Source of the DNA: Tubulanus polymorphus
Lineage: Eukaryota; Animalia; Nemertea
Assembly: GCF_964204645.1 (NCBI RefSeq)
Contig: NC_134035.1
Span: 9,580,451 to 9,644,450, forward strand
DNA: 64,000 nt
Reading direction: 5' to 3'
Positions within the stretch are counted from its first letter, which is position 1. Every line of letters starts with the position of its first letter. Shown here piece after piece: positions 62,453-64,000 of this stretch. The translations under genes were made by a program, and so were the position numbers. The notes under the pieces are model-generated. The model saw only the letters and a list, made by a program, of their open reading frames with translations, was not told where the DNA came from and did not search any database.

Positions 62453-64000
62453 GAGGATTGTTCAAACGAACCGGAACCGTAATTGCCAATCATGTATTTC
62501 GATTTGAAAAAAAAAATTCTTAAATTCGACCGATCATCCGAATAATCTACGTATCTGTACTTCGATATCCGATTTCGAAATCAGAACCTGTTTCGTTCCC
62601 GTCAGGTGTGGTGGGTCTGTCCTTAATCGATTCAAAATCCGAACAAATCAAAAATAATCAATCAATAAATCAAGTGAATAAGAAGGACAATTCCCTATTT
62701 CGAGAGCAAAAATGTTATGCGCAGAAAGTTACGTTCTTCAACTGCCGATGATTTAGTTCGCGTTGGAGCTATTCCTCAACGTGATTTCCATGATTTCCTG
62801 GGCCTTCCTCACCGGACTTAAAGTAGATACGGCCTTGGTGGAGCTGGCCGGCTAATGCGCTTGGATTTAGGGGTAAGAACGATCGCCATGTTGTAAATAA
62901 GACTATATTCGCTCGTGGTTTTGGACTCGCTGCGAGGCGTTGACGACTGCAAATCAGTTCGTCTGTCTCGTAATGTGAATCAAAAACGACGGTACGAAGT
63001 TACGTCGCCGAGTTGACGTTTCCCACGGTAGCTTCGCGTTTTTAAAATCGATGGCGTGACTTCAAGAGAGAGAACTTGACGTTATTAGATTACGGTTATA
63101 CATTGACTTTACGCCGAGTTACGGTATGACGTCATTGCGGTCTTCGTCACGCGAATTGCTTCCACGCGGCTTTGTGAAAGATCTAATTTCGGATCACGCC
63201 AACAGCGATTCTGATAAGGCGGTTCAGAAGTTAATTTAACGAAGTGTCTGCACGCTTTTCTCGTCAGGGGAGGGGGGCGGTGATTTGTGGCGCCGGTTAT
63301 TGCCCCAGTTATTAATTCTGGTACATTTTTCTAGATAAATAGCTTTTAGAGGCTCGAAATATTAGAGCTATATAAGCTTTCGTCATGGGCTGGTTTCGTC
63401 CTTAACCCGGTGGTCAACCCAATGGTGTACCGGCAACGATAGTGTGACAAGCAAAATCCGCCAGTTGTCGCTAGTGTACAGTACGATAGTAGATTTCTTC
63501 TCAAACTCGTTAAAATCTTACATTAATTTCTCAAATTCTATGTATGATGTATGAAGAAGAAGTGCAAAATATAGACTGATTAATCCGAGTTCATCTAGCT
63601 GCGTTAATTGCCTAACTTTTGGATTGGAATACCGAAAACCGAGATCAAAGTTGATCGAAAATGAACTGATTCTGATGGGTTCGTGGAATAGAATAGAATA
63701 GACGTCCGATATCGAAGTGCCGCCATTTGACGGGATGGCTGGTGTGCCGGAATCCCCCTTGCGAATGAATTGAATGCACTTCGGGGTTAAAGTAAATACC
63801 GGTCTACACAAAAAGCGTCATTATAACGTGTCCATCAAAGTTGAGATCGACTCGAGCGTCAACCTTGGAAAACCTCTCAACTCGAGTAAGCCACTAAAAC
63901 CGGGAACGGTGATAAAGCTTCAACCGATTTCTCCACTTTCAATTCCAATTCAATGCAATTTGTTCAAAGTGCTGGAAATACGTGTGAAATAGTAATAAAT

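Overview
Eukaryotic, intron-rich, AT-rich animal DNA, probably from an invertebrate. It is not prokaryotic: there are no operons, CRISPR arrays or rRNA genes. In order along the window: (1) a small two-exon DUF1761-like four-TM membrane protein gene (minus, 575-1557); (2) a tandem segmental duplication (about 4.1-6.8 kb vs 7.5-10.3 kb) containing two intronless orphan class A GPCR paralogs on the plus strand, the first frameshifted, and a convergent FMRFamide-receptor-like GPCR on the minus strand, present as one intact copy and one LINE-disrupted 3' fragment; (3) a GABA-B receptor subunit 2 gene on the minus strand, with 20 phase-consistent exons reconstructed between 15126 and 37576. Its exon 1 was not found, so 37.6-64 kb is probably a very large first intron. 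Introns and intergenic DNA hold many MITEs (including a family with 6-bp TSDs), LINE 3' ends, tRNA-derived SINEs, microsatellites and Penelope-type relics with hammerhead-ribozyme-like cores. The most interesting signals are candidate regulated alternative C-terminal splicing of GABA-B R2 (ACUAAY, UGCAUG and YCAY clusters around a 55-nt stop-containing cassette), the DUF1761-like gene in an animal, and the GPCR duplication dynamics. I see no clear wholly new multi-gene system.
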